The translations under genes and the position numbers were made by a program. The notes under the pieces were generated by a model that was not told the origin of the DNA, did no database searches, and saw only the letters and a program-made list of their open reading frames with translations. This document shows positions 1-8,379 of a stretch of 17,005 nt of DNA, piece after piece. Each line of letters opens with the position of its first letter. The stretch's first letter is position 1. Source of the stretch: Elusimicrobiota bacterium (GTDB lineage Bacteria > CG03 > SLGR01 > JBDRKX01); NCBI GenBank assembly GCA_043813605.1, contig JBDRKX010000120.1, positions 1 through 17,005 of the forward strand, read 5' to 3'.

Positions 1-1953
1 GTCTGTCAGGTGATTCGCAAGCCCGAGAAAAGACATCCCCTGATCGAGAAAAAGGTATTTATGCGAGACCTGGCCGGTAACTGCATCTACGGAATCATAG
101 AACCCGTATTCCCCGTATATGCCCGGATACACCTTCAGCATCTTCCTGAGGTTACTGACGGATTCTTCGGGCATGAACTGAAGGGAAAGGAACGTTACAT
201 GCGGCGTCACCACACCGCTTTTATAACCTTTCGCTCCGAGATAACTTACTCCGTATTCGCTGTAAGTCCCTCCCGGTACGGAACAAGGCGACATCCCCCA
301 GCAGGGATACTGTTTTTCTTCAAGCGCATACTTTATATGCCCTTCTATATGTATCCCGTCATTTTTTCCCAACCCTTTGGGAGCCAACCCTTTTTCATCC
401 ATTATTATCGTCGGCATTAGCACCTCGAACAGGCTCCCGCCCCATGAAGGAATATATTTCAGCCCGCCGTAAGTATAGTAACCGAGTTCATACTTATGCC
501 CCATCACCCTGACATTGCGGATATCGACAGGTTTCTGGTTCTGCCAGGCATACCTTGCCGGGAAAACACGCACCATGTTAAACCAGTGTTCTTCGGGCGC
601 ATCACCTTTGCCGATGGCAAGATAACTCCCGCTGCGGGCTTCCGTATTGAATACTCCGTAATGGTACTCTGAATATATTTCCAGATGAGCGAAATACCCG
701 TGATACATCTGTTTTACTACCCTGTCATAAAAGAACGAAAAATCCCGCTTATCTATCATGGCGCTGCACCGCTGACCGAGCTCTTCCGGAAAAGCGTTGC
801 GTATGACCACCAGTCCGTTCACAAACCACGCGCTGTCAACAAACGAAATAAAATTACTGGAACGTTCCGCCAGTGTCGTATCATAATAATTATAGAGAAA
901 CCCCTGATAAGTCTCCAGTCCGTCTATCGTGTCAAGCGTTTCAGATACCCGTTGAACAGCATCTTCCCTGGATATGATGTCCATATAATATGCCGCCGCA
1001 AGACACTGGAAATAGAGCCCTAGATTAGTAATATTCGTATAATCACCTACAGAGGTGTGTTTTCCCATCACGGAATAGCTCGAAAGAGCGATGTTATCCA
1101 GGGGCAGGCCGGATCTGATATCGATTGTTTTGTCTATGAACTTCCAAGTATCTTCGGCTATCTGCCTTAAGAACTCCGTATCATCTTCAGAAAAGGCTCT
1201 TTCAACTGCCAGTTTTTCGGGAAACCCTTTCAGGTTACCGATAAGTATTTTCGCATATTCAAGACCACCTTCATCTTCACCTGTCTTTCTAACGCTGCTC
1301 TCGACCGGATCCCAGGCGCCCGGACAGGTTTCCCCTGTTTTTGTAAACGCGATGTCATCGAAATAGACACTTCCTTTTTCTGCATCTACCCGGCGCGCCT
1401 CCAGTATGATAAGGAACTCATCGATACCATTCCAGTTCTGTATTCCTATCAGTTTTTTCAAGGGGATACTGTAATGAGTCCAGGTGTTTTTTATGCCTTT
1501 GACGATATAGCTTCCGCACAGTACCTGAGAATTTTCCTCTTTCTTAAACTGTATCTTCAATTCCGTCGTAAAAGGCCTTTTATCGGTCCCCTTTGCATAA
1601 AACTCAATATGATCGTACCCGGAACAGTCAAGTTTATCCAGTTTTGTCCAGAACCCGCCCTGCGCCATGTTCGGCGGTTTCAGGCTGTAATCTATTCTGA
1701 GGCTGTATCCTTCAGGTCCGCGTTTTATATCTTCATCAATATCCACCCTGCAGTACTGTCCGCGTTTCTTATCCAGTATCCAGCTGCCGGACTCTCCGCC
1801 GAGATTATTCGTGAGAGTATTCGAGAGGGTATCTTTGTTAAAATCACATAAGACGAATTTTTCCTGACTGCCGGACAGGGAACCGTAGATATCTCCAACA
1901 GAGATCATGACGATAAAAGCTGGTGCCAGTAACTTTAAGATATATTTATTCAT
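1..1953 (-). CDS. Secreted carbohydrate-active protein, 3'-partial: N-terminal CBM11/CIA30-like beta-sandwich plus DUF3131/glycoamylase-like (GH144/GH189-related, beta-1,2-glucanase clan) domain
   Basis: Not in the ORF track because it runs off the window. Manual translation from ATG 1953 is open for 651 codons to base 1. It has a hydrophobic N-terminus (MNKYILKLLAPAFIVMISVG), CBM-like motifs (YSLRIDY, GGFWTKL, YDHIEFYAKG, GSVYFDDIAF) and catalytic-domain motifs (DTWKFI, YTNITNLGLY, GFLYNYYD, FISFVDSAW, HYGVFNTEAR, PSWGGSLFEVLMP, WGMSPC, YGEYGFYDSVD, YLFLDQGM). Confidence 0.85.
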   Translation of the reverse strand, partial: MNKYILKLLAPAFIVMISVGDIYGSLSGSQEKFVLCDFNKDTLSNTLTNNLGGESGSWILDKKRGQYCRVDIDEDIKRGPEGYSLRIDYSLKPPNMAQGGFWTKLDKLDCSGYDHIEFYAKGTDKRPFTTELKIQFKKEENSQVLCGSYIVKGIKNTWTHYSIPLKKLIGIQNWNGIDEFLIILEARRVDAEKGSVYFDDIAFTKTGETCPGAWDPVESSVRKTGEDEGGLEYAKILIGNLKGFPEKLAVERAFSEDDTEFLRQIAEDTWKFIDKTIDIRSGLPLDNIALSSYSVMGKHTSVGDYTNITNLGLYFQCLAAAYYMDIISREDAVQRVSETLDTIDGLETYQGFLYNYYDTTLAERSSNFISFVDSAWFVNGLVVIRNAFPEELGQRCSAMIDKRDFSFFYDRVVKQMYHGYFAHLEIYSEYHYGVFNTEARSGSYLAIGKGDAPEEHWFNMVRVFPARYAWQNQKPVDIRNVRVMGHKYELGYYTYGGLKYIPSWGGSLFEVLMPTIIMDEKGLAPKGLGKNDGIHIEGHIKYALEEKQYPCWGMSPCSVPGGTYSEYGVSYLGAKGYKSGVVTPHVTFLSLQFMPEESVSNLRKMLKVYPGIYGEYGFYDSVDAVTGQVSHKYLFLDQGMSFLGLANHLTD

Positions 1954-2044
1954 TCAGGTCAGGGTAATCCCTGCTGCAGGTGTGCATACTGCATATTAAG
2001 AAAATCCCGCATATCATGCCCTATACCGGGATCTATCATTATGA

Positions 2045-2287
2045 CTATATGTCATGTTTCCCTGCAGGAGGTTCCTTGTCATTGACCGGTTTATCAGCTG
2101 AAGTTTCGTCAGAATCCGCGGACAGGGACATATTAGGTGAATTTCCCGGTTTACCTTTGCGGTACTTCCTGGCCCCGATATAATACCCTACACCCGCGCA
2201 AACGCTCCCCAGGACAAAAAGTGTCAGCAGTCTGCAGAACAGGCATATCTGGGACCCGGTACATTTACACAGCATTATCATAAGCAT
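2045..2287 (-). CDS. Small hypothetical membrane protein (Cys-rich N-terminus, one TM, polar tail)
   Basis: Starts 3 nt after the upstream stop, same strand. Hydrophobic segment LLTLFVLGSVCAGVGYYIG is followed by basic ARKYRKGK. Confidence 0.55.
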   Translation of the reverse strand: MLMIMLCKCTGSQICLFCRLLTLFVLGSVCAGVGYYIGARKYRKGKPGNSPNMSLSADSDETSADKPVNDKEPPAGKHDI

Positions 2288-2290
2288 GAT

Positions 2291-2584
2291 CTATTTGCCG
2301 TAAAACTCCGTTATATCAAAATATACTATCATCCTTGTACCGGGAAGGAGAATGATCTCTATCTTATCATACCACTTGTCACCTATTTTTTCGAGCATCT
2401 GGACTCCTTTTTTCCATTCGATGCCCTTTTTACCGAACCTTTCTTTCAGGTACTGGTGCTCCATGAGCAGACCTGTTGTAGTATTAGCCGCTCCGCGTAT
2501 GACTACGGCATTCCGGGGAGAGTTGCCTTTATTGTCTTTTATGTGAGCCATGATCGCCTGTTTTTTGGTATCAGGTTTCAGCAT
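2291..2584 (-). CDS. Hypothetical protein (97 aa)
   Basis: 5-nt gap from the upstream gene. Globular-looking sequence ending in YFDITEFYGK; no function recognised. Confidence 0.75.
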   Translation of the reverse strand: MLKPDTKKQAIMAHIKDNKGNSPRNAVVIRGAANTTTGLLMEHQYLKERFGKKGIEWKKGVQMLEKIGDKWYDKIEIILLPGTRMIVYFDITEFYGK

Positions 2585-2589
2585 ATTTA

Positions 2590-3540
2590 TTAGAAACGCA
2601 CATATCTGCTCACGTCTACATTGTAGGTCATGGAAGAATACCTGCTAAGATGTTCCCTGGAATCGTGCAGTGTTATTCCCGAGAGCATCTTTCTTTCTTT
2701 CTCTTGCTTTTCAGTAATAAATACTTCGGCAGTAACGCTGTAGATATAATCCTTTTTCTTTACTGCGCTCCATTTTATGTGATCGAAATGTTTTCCCGGC
2801 ATCTTCAGTATGTTCTCGGGATCGTTCATAGCGCCGTCCATGTATTTTTTAAACTGTTTCTCTCTAAGCTTTTTTTCGGTGTTCTCTATTATATTCGTTT
2901 CATACCTTGTTTTCGCAACTTCCAGCGCGATCGACTTATTTCTTGAATCTATCTTTTTTTCAACCTCTGACAAGGTTTTCTTGAGCAGCTCGCTCTCAGG
3001 CAGTTTAACCTTCATGTTCTGACACAGGCTCAGGGCCGTTTCCAGTTTTATTTTATTGATAAGCCTTATCGTTTTTTCAATCAATGCAGCGAGCTCTTTA
3101 TCCAGAAGGTTTATTTGAGCCAGTCTTTCAGCGGATTTTTTTGATAAGGGGTCGTTTTTACTACTGTCAACAATTTTTTTATATAACTCCCCGCTATTCT
3201 TAAATTGTTTGTCTTTGAAATATATTTCGGCTATCATAAACATGGCTGTATAAACTCTTTCGTCATCCGTATATATCTTCACAAACTGCTTGTAGAGCTT
3301 CAGTGCCGAATCGGGATCGTCAAGGTTCTCATAGGATATCCCGGCGGCCCTGTAACAGGCTTCCCTGGCATATTCTGTATCAGGGTATTTTTTCATTACC
3401 TTGTGGTAGCCTTCTATCGCAGCTTTGAAATTCGAATTATTTTCGAATTTTTCGGCTTTTTTGTATCTGTGTTCTGCGCCGCAACCCGCTGTAAGGAGAA
3501 GTGTGGAGAAAATAACCGTTTTAAATATTGTTTTTCTCAT
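2590..3540 (-). CDS. TPR-repeat lipoprotein (BamD/CpoB-like TPRs)
   Basis: Lipobox LLLTAG-C20. TPR-type segments AAIEGYHKVMKKYPDTEYAREACYRAA, ALKLYKQFVKIY, AMFMIAEIYF. Confidence 0.8.
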   Translation of the reverse strand: MRKTIFKTVIFSTLLLTAGCGAEHRYKKAEKFENNSNFKAAIEGYHKVMKKYPDTEYAREACYRAAGISYENLDDPDSALKLYKQFVKIYTDDERVYTAMFMIAEIYFKDKQFKNSGELYKKIVDSSKNDPLSKKSAERLAQINLLDKELAALIEKTIRLINKIKLETALSLCQNMKVKLPESELLKKTLSEVEKKIDSRNKSIALEVAKTRYETNIIENTEKKLREKQFKKYMDGAMNDPENILKMPGKHFDHIKWSAVKKKDYIYSVTAEVFITEKQEKERKMLSGITLHDSREHLSRYSSMTYNVDVSRYVRF

Positions 3541-3553
3541 ATTATGTAAATAA

Positions 3554-3582
3554 AAGATACCAATTTATATCCAATTATTCAA
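3554..3582 (-). promoter_or_regulatory. Possible sigma70 promoter for the TPR lipoprotein gene
   Basis: TTGAAT (3582-3577), 17-nt spacer, TATCTT (3559-3554) with upstream TG. The region is AT-rich, so a chance match is possible. Confidence 0.3.
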
Positions 3583-3600
3583 CTTCGTACAGCGCCATTA

Positions 3601-4044
3601 TCAGCGCGCTCCGAATTCTTCCAGAAGTCTTATCATTTTCATATCATTTTTGTCCCTTGCCCATACGATCGCAGTAGAACCGTATGATGAACAACCATTC
3701 ACATCCGCGCCGTTTTCCAGAAGCAGCCGGGCTACATCATGAGCAAAACTCCATGCGGCATACATGAGTACTGTCCTTCCTTTATTGTCCCTTGAATTGA
3801 CATCCGCGCCGCCGGCAATAAGTATACGCGCTGTTTCGATCGAATTGTGCCTTGCCGCATGCATAAGCGGTGTCCAGCCGGCAGTATCTCTTGCATCAAC
3901 GTCACCGCCGGTTTGGATCACCTGTTTCAACCGGACTGCAGAATCTTCCTTTATTATGTCTGAAGGGATAAGGATCTTTTTCGCGCAGGCAGAAGCGGAT
4001 ACGACAACCAGGATCAATACTGACCTGACCAGGCAGGAATTCAT
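3601..4044 (-). CDS. Ankyrin-repeat protein, probable lipoprotein
   Basis: Ankyrin repeats GWTPLMHAARHN...GADVN, GRTVLMYAAWS...LLENGADVN and GSTAIVWA. N-terminal hydrophobic stretch ends in SASA-C20. Confidence 0.9.
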   Translation of the reverse strand: MNSCLVRSVLILVVVSASACAKKILIPSDIIKEDSAVRLKQVIQTGGDVDARDTAGWTPLMHAARHNSIETARILIAGGADVNSRDNKGRTVLMYAAWSFAHDVARLLLENGADVNGCSSYGSTAIVWARDKNDMKMIRLLEEFGAR

Positions 4045-4049
4045 CCTGC

Positions 4050-4841
4050 TTATGACAGCTCTTTTCTTGTCATGTCGGCCAGTTTAATATCCGGATGCCG
4101 GTACCTTTTGCGGCCGGGCGTCTTCTTCCCGGACTCAATAGCCTCTTCAGGGCACCATTGAAGACAGGCAAGACACTGTTCGCACCTGCCCTGCCATACC
4201 GGTTTATCCTCATTTATCTCAATGTTGCCGGAAAGGCACACTTTTTCGCATATCCGGCAGCCGTTGCATTTATCGTTTACCCAGAAAGCATTGTCCATTT
4301 CGTGTATCTTTGGCGACATCAGTTTGTAAAGGATACCCGAGAAGAGCGCATTGACAATAATATTGCTTGACTCTATCTTATGTTCTGAATTAGAAGCGAT
4401 TATACCGGATAGTTTTTCGATCTTAACCGCTGCCTGTTCAAAAAGGAGTTTCTGCTTTTCTTCGGCTATCGCTTCATAAAGCGGAGTATAGTTACCGTGC
4501 ATCTTCACACAGAAACCTGCAGAAAGCATACCTCCCTGCTCTTCTATAAGGCGTGCTGCCTGCTTAAGAGTCGCGCCCGGCATACCCCCGTATGTAGCAA
4601 CGGCAAACACATATTTTAAGGAATCCACTTTCATCGTTTTTATGAATTCTTTAACCATAAGAGGGAGACCCCACATGTATACCGGGAATACCAGTCCTAT
4701 CCTGTCAGCGGAAAAACCTGCGCCGGTTTGCATAGCTTCCGGTATTGATATCAGATGTGTATCAGGGATATTCCGGGCGATCTCACGCGCCACTTTAAGG
4801 GAATTGCCCGTACCTGAAAAATAGAATATTCTTGTCTGCAT
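4050..4841 (-). CDS. EFR1-family flavodoxin-ferredoxin fusion
   Basis: Flavodoxin motifs YFSGTGNS and FPVY at the N-terminus. Two [4Fe-4S] motifs, CNGCRICEKVC and CEQCLACLQWCP, then RYRHP. Confidence 0.9.
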   Translation of the reverse strand: MQTRIFYFSGTGNSLKVAREIARNIPDTHLISIPEAMQTGAGFSADRIGLVFPVYMWGLPLMVKEFIKTMKVDSLKYVFAVATYGGMPGATLKQAARLIEEQGGMLSAGFCVKMHGNYTPLYEAIAEEKQKLLFEQAAVKIEKLSGIIASNSEHKIESSNIIVNALFSGILYKLMSPKIHEMDNAFWVNDKCNGCRICEKVCLSGNIEINEDKPVWQGRCEQCLACLQWCPEEAIESGKKTPGRKRYRHPDIKLADMTRKELS

Positions 4842-4854
4842 GATCCTGCTCCTT

Positions 4855-5555
4855 TTACTTTTTCATATAATACTGTCTTTTGTCCCGCGGGAACTTTTCT
4901 ATCGCATACCTGAGCATCGTCCTCGGCATTTTATCAGCATGGGCTTTCAGAAAATTCTCTTCGGCTCTCATGTCTCGGTTACCCACTTCCCTGAGCATCC
5001 AGCCTGCTGCTTTATGTATCAGGTCATGGTTGTCATAGAGCAATATGCGCGAGAGTTTCAGAGTATCTTCGTATTCATTTTTCCTGATCAATGCCAGAGT
5101 TGACACTATAGAGATCCTTTTTTTCCACAGGTTACGGGACACGGCCAGCTTGTAGAGTATAGACCGGTCACGGGAAACAAGGAAGTCTCCGAGTATTTTC
5201 GGCGCTGACAGATCCACAAGATCCCAGTTATTGACCCTGACGGCTTTTTTCAGATAGAACCTGACAACGCCTTTCCTGCCCCTGTCATCTGCCCGCGAAT
5301 ATCTGTTAATAAGAAGAAGCAGCCCGGCAAACCTGTGTTCATGTACAGGACTGTCAAGCAGTTCTTCTATACCGCTCTCTTGGATCCCCGTATATTTCCT
5401 GACGGCTTTTCTCAGTACCGGAACCTGTATGCCCAGGAAAATGTCTCCTTCCCCGTATTCACCTTACCTGTCTTGAAAAATCCTGACAGTATTTCAGCTT
5501 TACGGGGGTCTTTGAGAGTCTCCAGATCTTTTTTAAGCTGTACAACTGGTTTCAT
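4855..5555 (-). pseudogene. DNA alkylation repair protein (AlkD-like HEAT-repeat), split by a 1-nt frameshift
   Basis: ATG 5555 reads MKPVVQLKKDLETLKDPRKAEILSGFFKTGK. The family sequence (G)EYGEGDIFLGIQVP...HEHRFAGL...NNWDLVDLSAP...DLIHKAAGWMLRE...MPRTMLRYAIEKF continues in another frame. One extra G at ~5462 (AAG GT GAA -> AAG GGT GAA) restores a 233-aa ORF. May be a sequencing error. Confidence 0.8.
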
Positions 5556-5564
5556 AACGGCGGG

Positions 5565-5780
5565 TCATTCAGCCGGAGGTACAGCATACTTCCGGATACT
5601 GATTTCCTTTTTTTTAAATTTTAATGTTATATCATCCATCATCATGTAAACACACGGGACTATGACAAGTGTAAGGAAAGTGGCTGCAAGCAGTCCGTAC
5701 GCCATGGCTATTGCGGACGGGACAAGGAACGGTTCCTCGCCGCCGATCCCGTAAATAAGAGGCATCAGGGCTATAATCGG
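5565..5780 (-). pseudogene. C-terminal remnant of an RND (AcrB-family) permease (last TM helices)
   Basis: IIALMPLIYGIGGEEPFLVPSAIAMAYGLLAATFLTLVIVPCVY matches the RND TM11-TM12 pattern. An in-frame TAG lies just upstream, so most of the gene is missing. Confidence 0.8.
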
Positions 5781-6279
5781 CTATCTCTTCTCCCGTTTCA
5801 GAAATATCTATGGCGATCCTGTCGTTCTTTCCGGCAAAATTCTTCAAGAACGGCTGTGAATATGACAGTTTTATCCCGGCATCATAATAAGGGTTCACTG
5901 TGGCAAAACCGGAATCAGTATCAGTTTTTTCGTTGGTCCATTTCAGGTTCATGCTGCCGCCGGTAACCTTCAATTTCTTGTTGACATCAATAACAACAGA
6001 ATCTTTTACCGTACTTGTACCGTAAAGACTGCTCGTACCCGAACCTGTTGGATCGGCGCGGCCGGCGCTTAGGCCTGCAACCGGTTCATACTGGGAGCTC
6101 AGCTGTTTTGTCTTCTCTCTTGCCGACATTACACTGTATTGGCCGCTCTTTAGATCAAAATTGTTCTCCAGCGCAAAGTTCACGCATCTTTCGACGGTAT
6201 ATTCTTCTGAAAGGGCGTATCCTGCCGTGATTGTGACCAATAATGCGATTATTATGTTTTGCCTTATAATCATCTTCAT
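5770..6279 (-). pseudogene. N-terminal remnant of a TolC-family outer-membrane efflux protein
   Basis: Signal peptide, then YTVERCVNFALENNFDLK...SQYEP...LSYSQPFLKNFAG (OEP pattern). After about 170 aa the ORF reads off-frame through RND DNA to a stop at 5632. Confidence 0.8.
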
Positions 6280-6325
6280 AAAATAAACTTATTTGTTTCT
6301 TGATCCGAGATAGATATCAGAAAAA

Positions 6326-6354
6326 ATTATAATATATTGCCTGTCAATTATCAA
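6326..6354 (-). promoter_or_regulatory. Sigma70-type promoter for the tolC-remnant operon
   Basis: TTGATA (6354-6349), 17-nt spacer, TATAAT (6331-6326), 47 nt upstream of ATG 6279. Confidence 0.6.
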
Positions 6355-6433
6355 TATAACGGAGCAGAAGGCAACGGAAGCAGGATCATGATCTCAAAAG
6401 ACGTTTGTTTTGTCAGTTTTAAAGGATAACCGG

Positions 6434-6748
6434 TTATTTACCCTTAAGTTTTTCCTCTGCCCTCTGGATGTTCTTCTTTGAAAGTTCGTGGCCGGGTTCT
6501 ATTTCAAGCACCTTCTTCCATGAGGCGGCAGCTTTCTCATAGTCACCCTTTTTGTACTCCTGCTGACCGGCTGTGAAATACTGTCCCATCAGGGCTTTTT
6601 TATCTGCAGGAGAAAGCATCTTTTTCACCGGCTGGGCAGATACCGGCTCTTTGTCTTTATCTGACCCTGCTGCCGGGATCACGGTAAGGGGTTTTGTCTC
6701 TTCTTTTGGCTGGGTTTTTATCTCTTTTTCTTCTACGCTTTTTTTTTT
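6434..6748 (-). CDS. Linker plus TPR segment; probable C-terminal extension of MotB in the +1 frame
   Basis: Frame open from ~6800: SVEEKEIKTQPKEETKP...YFTAGQQEYKKGDYEKAAASWKKVLEIEPGHELSKKNIQRA. It has no signal peptide of its own and fuses to motB if the A10 run is A9. Confidence 0.7.
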   Translation of the reverse strand, partial: KKKSVEEKEIKTQPKEETKPLTVIPAAGSDKDKEPVSAQPVKKMLSPADKKALMGQYFTAGQQEYKKGDYEKAAASWKKVLEIEPGHELSKKNIQRAEEKLKGK

Positions 6749-7538
6749 CGTTATCTTTTCCGTGTGTGTCGCCGCTGTTTGCCAAGTGAAAATTATTCTT
6801 TACCGATGCACTCCGTGAACCTGTTTCGCTTTTTAGTTTTCTTTTCAGCGAACCACCAGACGCCTTGCTTATATCTATCTCTTTGCGGCCTATATCTTCC
6901 ATGTATGATGACGGGCTTATCACCACTACGACCCTCCTGTTTTTAGGCTGGCCGTAAACAGCATCGCTCTCTTCGACAAGAGGCCTGGTATCCGCGAACC
7001 CTATCGACTGGAACCTTTGCTTGTTCATACCCTTGCTTATAAAAAACTTCACGACACCGGCTGCACGGGCGCTCGACAGTTCCCAGTTTGACGGAAAAAC
7101 AGCGCTTTTTATCGGCACGCTGTCCGTATGTCCCTCGACGGAGATCTTCCTGTCGGATATCTCCTCGTACTTCAAAAGATCCGATATTTCTGTAAGTATC
7201 GGATAAGCAGCGTTCTTCAGATCGGCGTTCCCCATATCGAATAGTACCTTATCCTTGAAATTTATTTCCACTCCTTTTGAAGTGAGTTTCACGGTGACCA
7301 TATGCTGGACCTCATTATCAACTATATATTCCTCTATCTTCTGCTGCAGTTCGGTAAATGTCATCTTCTTATCCTGCGAGAAATAATTCGATAAGAGCTG
7401 TATCTTTACAAGATCAGGATTGGATATGGAAAACAGCACTACGAAAAAAGTGAACAGCAGTGTCACCATATCCGCATACGTGAGCATCCAGTCGTCTGTC
7501 TCTTCTTCTATTCTATGCGGCGGCTTCTTAAGGGCCAT
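6657..7538 (-). CDS. motB: Stator protein MotB (TM with ion-binding Asp, plug, OmpA-like peptidoglycan-binding domain)
   Basis: WMLTYAD23MVTLLFTFFVVLFSIS; VLFDMGNADL; VEGHTDSVP; SNWELSSARA; GFADTRP; KNRRV. Confidence 0.93.
   Translation of the reverse strand: MALKKPPHRIEEETDDWMLTYADMVTLLFTFFVVLFSISNPDLVKIQLLSNYFSQDKKMTFTELQQKIEEYIVDNEVQHMVTVKLTSKGVEINFKDKVLFDMGNADLKNAAYPILTEISDLLKYEEISDRKISVEGHTDSVPIKSAVFPSNWELSSARAAGVVKFFISKGMNKQRFQSIGFADTRPLVEESDAVYGQPKNRRVVVVISPSSYMEDIGRKEIDISKASGGSLKRKLKSETGSRSASVKNNFHLANSGDTHGKDNEKKKRRRKRDKNPAKRRDKTPYRDPGSRVR
6739..6748 (-). repeat. A10 homopolymer (coding strand) at the motB/TPR frame junction
   Basis: Ten consecutive T on the + strand. A9 gives a 367-aa MotB-TPR, A10 gives 293 aa, and A11 gives 268 aa. 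Confidence 0.9.
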
Positions 7539-7543
7539 TTATT

Positions 7544-8362
7544 CTATTTGCCGGGTTTTGCTTTTTTTTCTTTAAAAAGCTTTTTTCTCTGTTTGGGCGG
7601 CAGGTAACCGGACAGTTCGTCTTTTATGTAAAGGGGATGCTGTTTCTTGAGTATGAACATTATCCCTTCTATCTCCATCCTGTTTATCCTGAAATTAAGT
7701 TCGGCATGATGCTGGAGTTTATTGCCCATGGGGCTGAAAATAAGGTTCGCCATTATAAGACCGTAAAAAGTCGTTACCAGCGCAACAGCGAGAAATGGGC
7801 CTATCTTACTCGGGTCATCGCCCATTATGGTCAGCATGAATATCAGGCCTACAAGAGTACCTACCATGCCGAAAGCCGGCGCCGAACGCGCCATTGTCCT
7901 GAAGACATAATAATCTATCATCTCCGTGTCATATTTTCTGGTAGTACTGGTCTCCAGGAACTCTTTTATCTCTTCAAGGTTATAACCGTTTATCAGCATG
8001 TTCATACCGTCTGTTATCAGGTTCTGTTTTTTATATGATTTAAGTTTTTCTTCGATTCCGGGTATCCCCTGCTGGGTATAGCTCTGGCTGAACTCGCATA
8101 TACTCTCTATAATATTCACAAAATTAAATTCCGGCCGGGTAAAAACAATAAAAAAAGCTTTAATACCCCTGAAAAGATGCGACAGAGGATGAGCTATCAA
8201 TGTAGCGGATAATATACCGCCGGCTACTATAAGGAAAGCGGGAAGGTTCAGGTAGATATCGATTACGCTGTTTACCGCAGAAGGATCCTGCTGGGTCACT
8301 TTGATTATAGCATAAACCATGATCGTCATTCCCAGAAGTATTCCGAATATTGTTGTTGGCAT
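7544..8362 (-). CDS. motA: Stator protein MotA/PomA family
   Basis: Four TM segments; PAFLIVAGG; APAFGMVGTLVGLIFML; DPSKIGPFLAVALVTTFYG; ANLIFSPMGNKL; EGI...P. Lies 5 nt upstream of motB. Confidence 0.95.
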   Translation of the reverse strand: MPTTIFGILLGMTIMVYAIIKVTQQDPSAVNSVIDIYLNLPAFLIVAGGILSATLIAHPLSHLFRGIKAFFIVFTRPEFNFVNIIESICEFSQSYTQQGIPGIEEKLKSYKKQNLITDGMNMLINGYNLEEIKEFLETSTTRKYDTEMIDYYVFRTMARSAPAFGMVGTLVGLIFMLTIMGDDPSKIGPFLAVALVTTFYGLIMANLIFSPMGNKLQHHAELNFRINRMEIEGIMFILKKQHPLYIKDELSGYLPPKQRKKLFKEKKAKPGK

Positions 8363-8379
8363 ATTATCTCCGAGTTATA

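Noticed and set aside
10..1851. Plus-strand ORFs 10-420, 685-1023, 1091-1366, 1474-1851
   Set aside because: Antisense shadows of the long minus-strand glucanase-like gene; no recognisable motifs.
5632..6279. 215-aa ORF as an intact protein with a Cys/His-rich metal-binding tail
   Set aside because: The tail is off-frame translation of RND DNA beyond the deletion junction.
6426..6437. Palindrome ATAACCGGTTAT at the TPR stop
   Set aside because: Short, with no loop or U-tract arrangement; not supportable as a terminator.
6738..6744. A_AAA_AAG -1 ribosomal frameshift as the route to MotB-TPR
   Set aside because: The -1 frame hits TAG immediately; the TPR is in the +1 frame.
6657..6748. Basic MotB tail as a nucleic-acid-binding or targeting peptide
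   Set aside because: Best explained as off-frame reading of a GAA/AAA-rich linker; it would also be periplasmic.
6657..8362. Zorya (ZorAB), ExbBD or TolQR identity for the stator pair
   Set aside because: Motifs are flagellar MotA/MotB type, there is no long ZorA tail or zorC/D/E, and a FliG-containing gene is in the operon.
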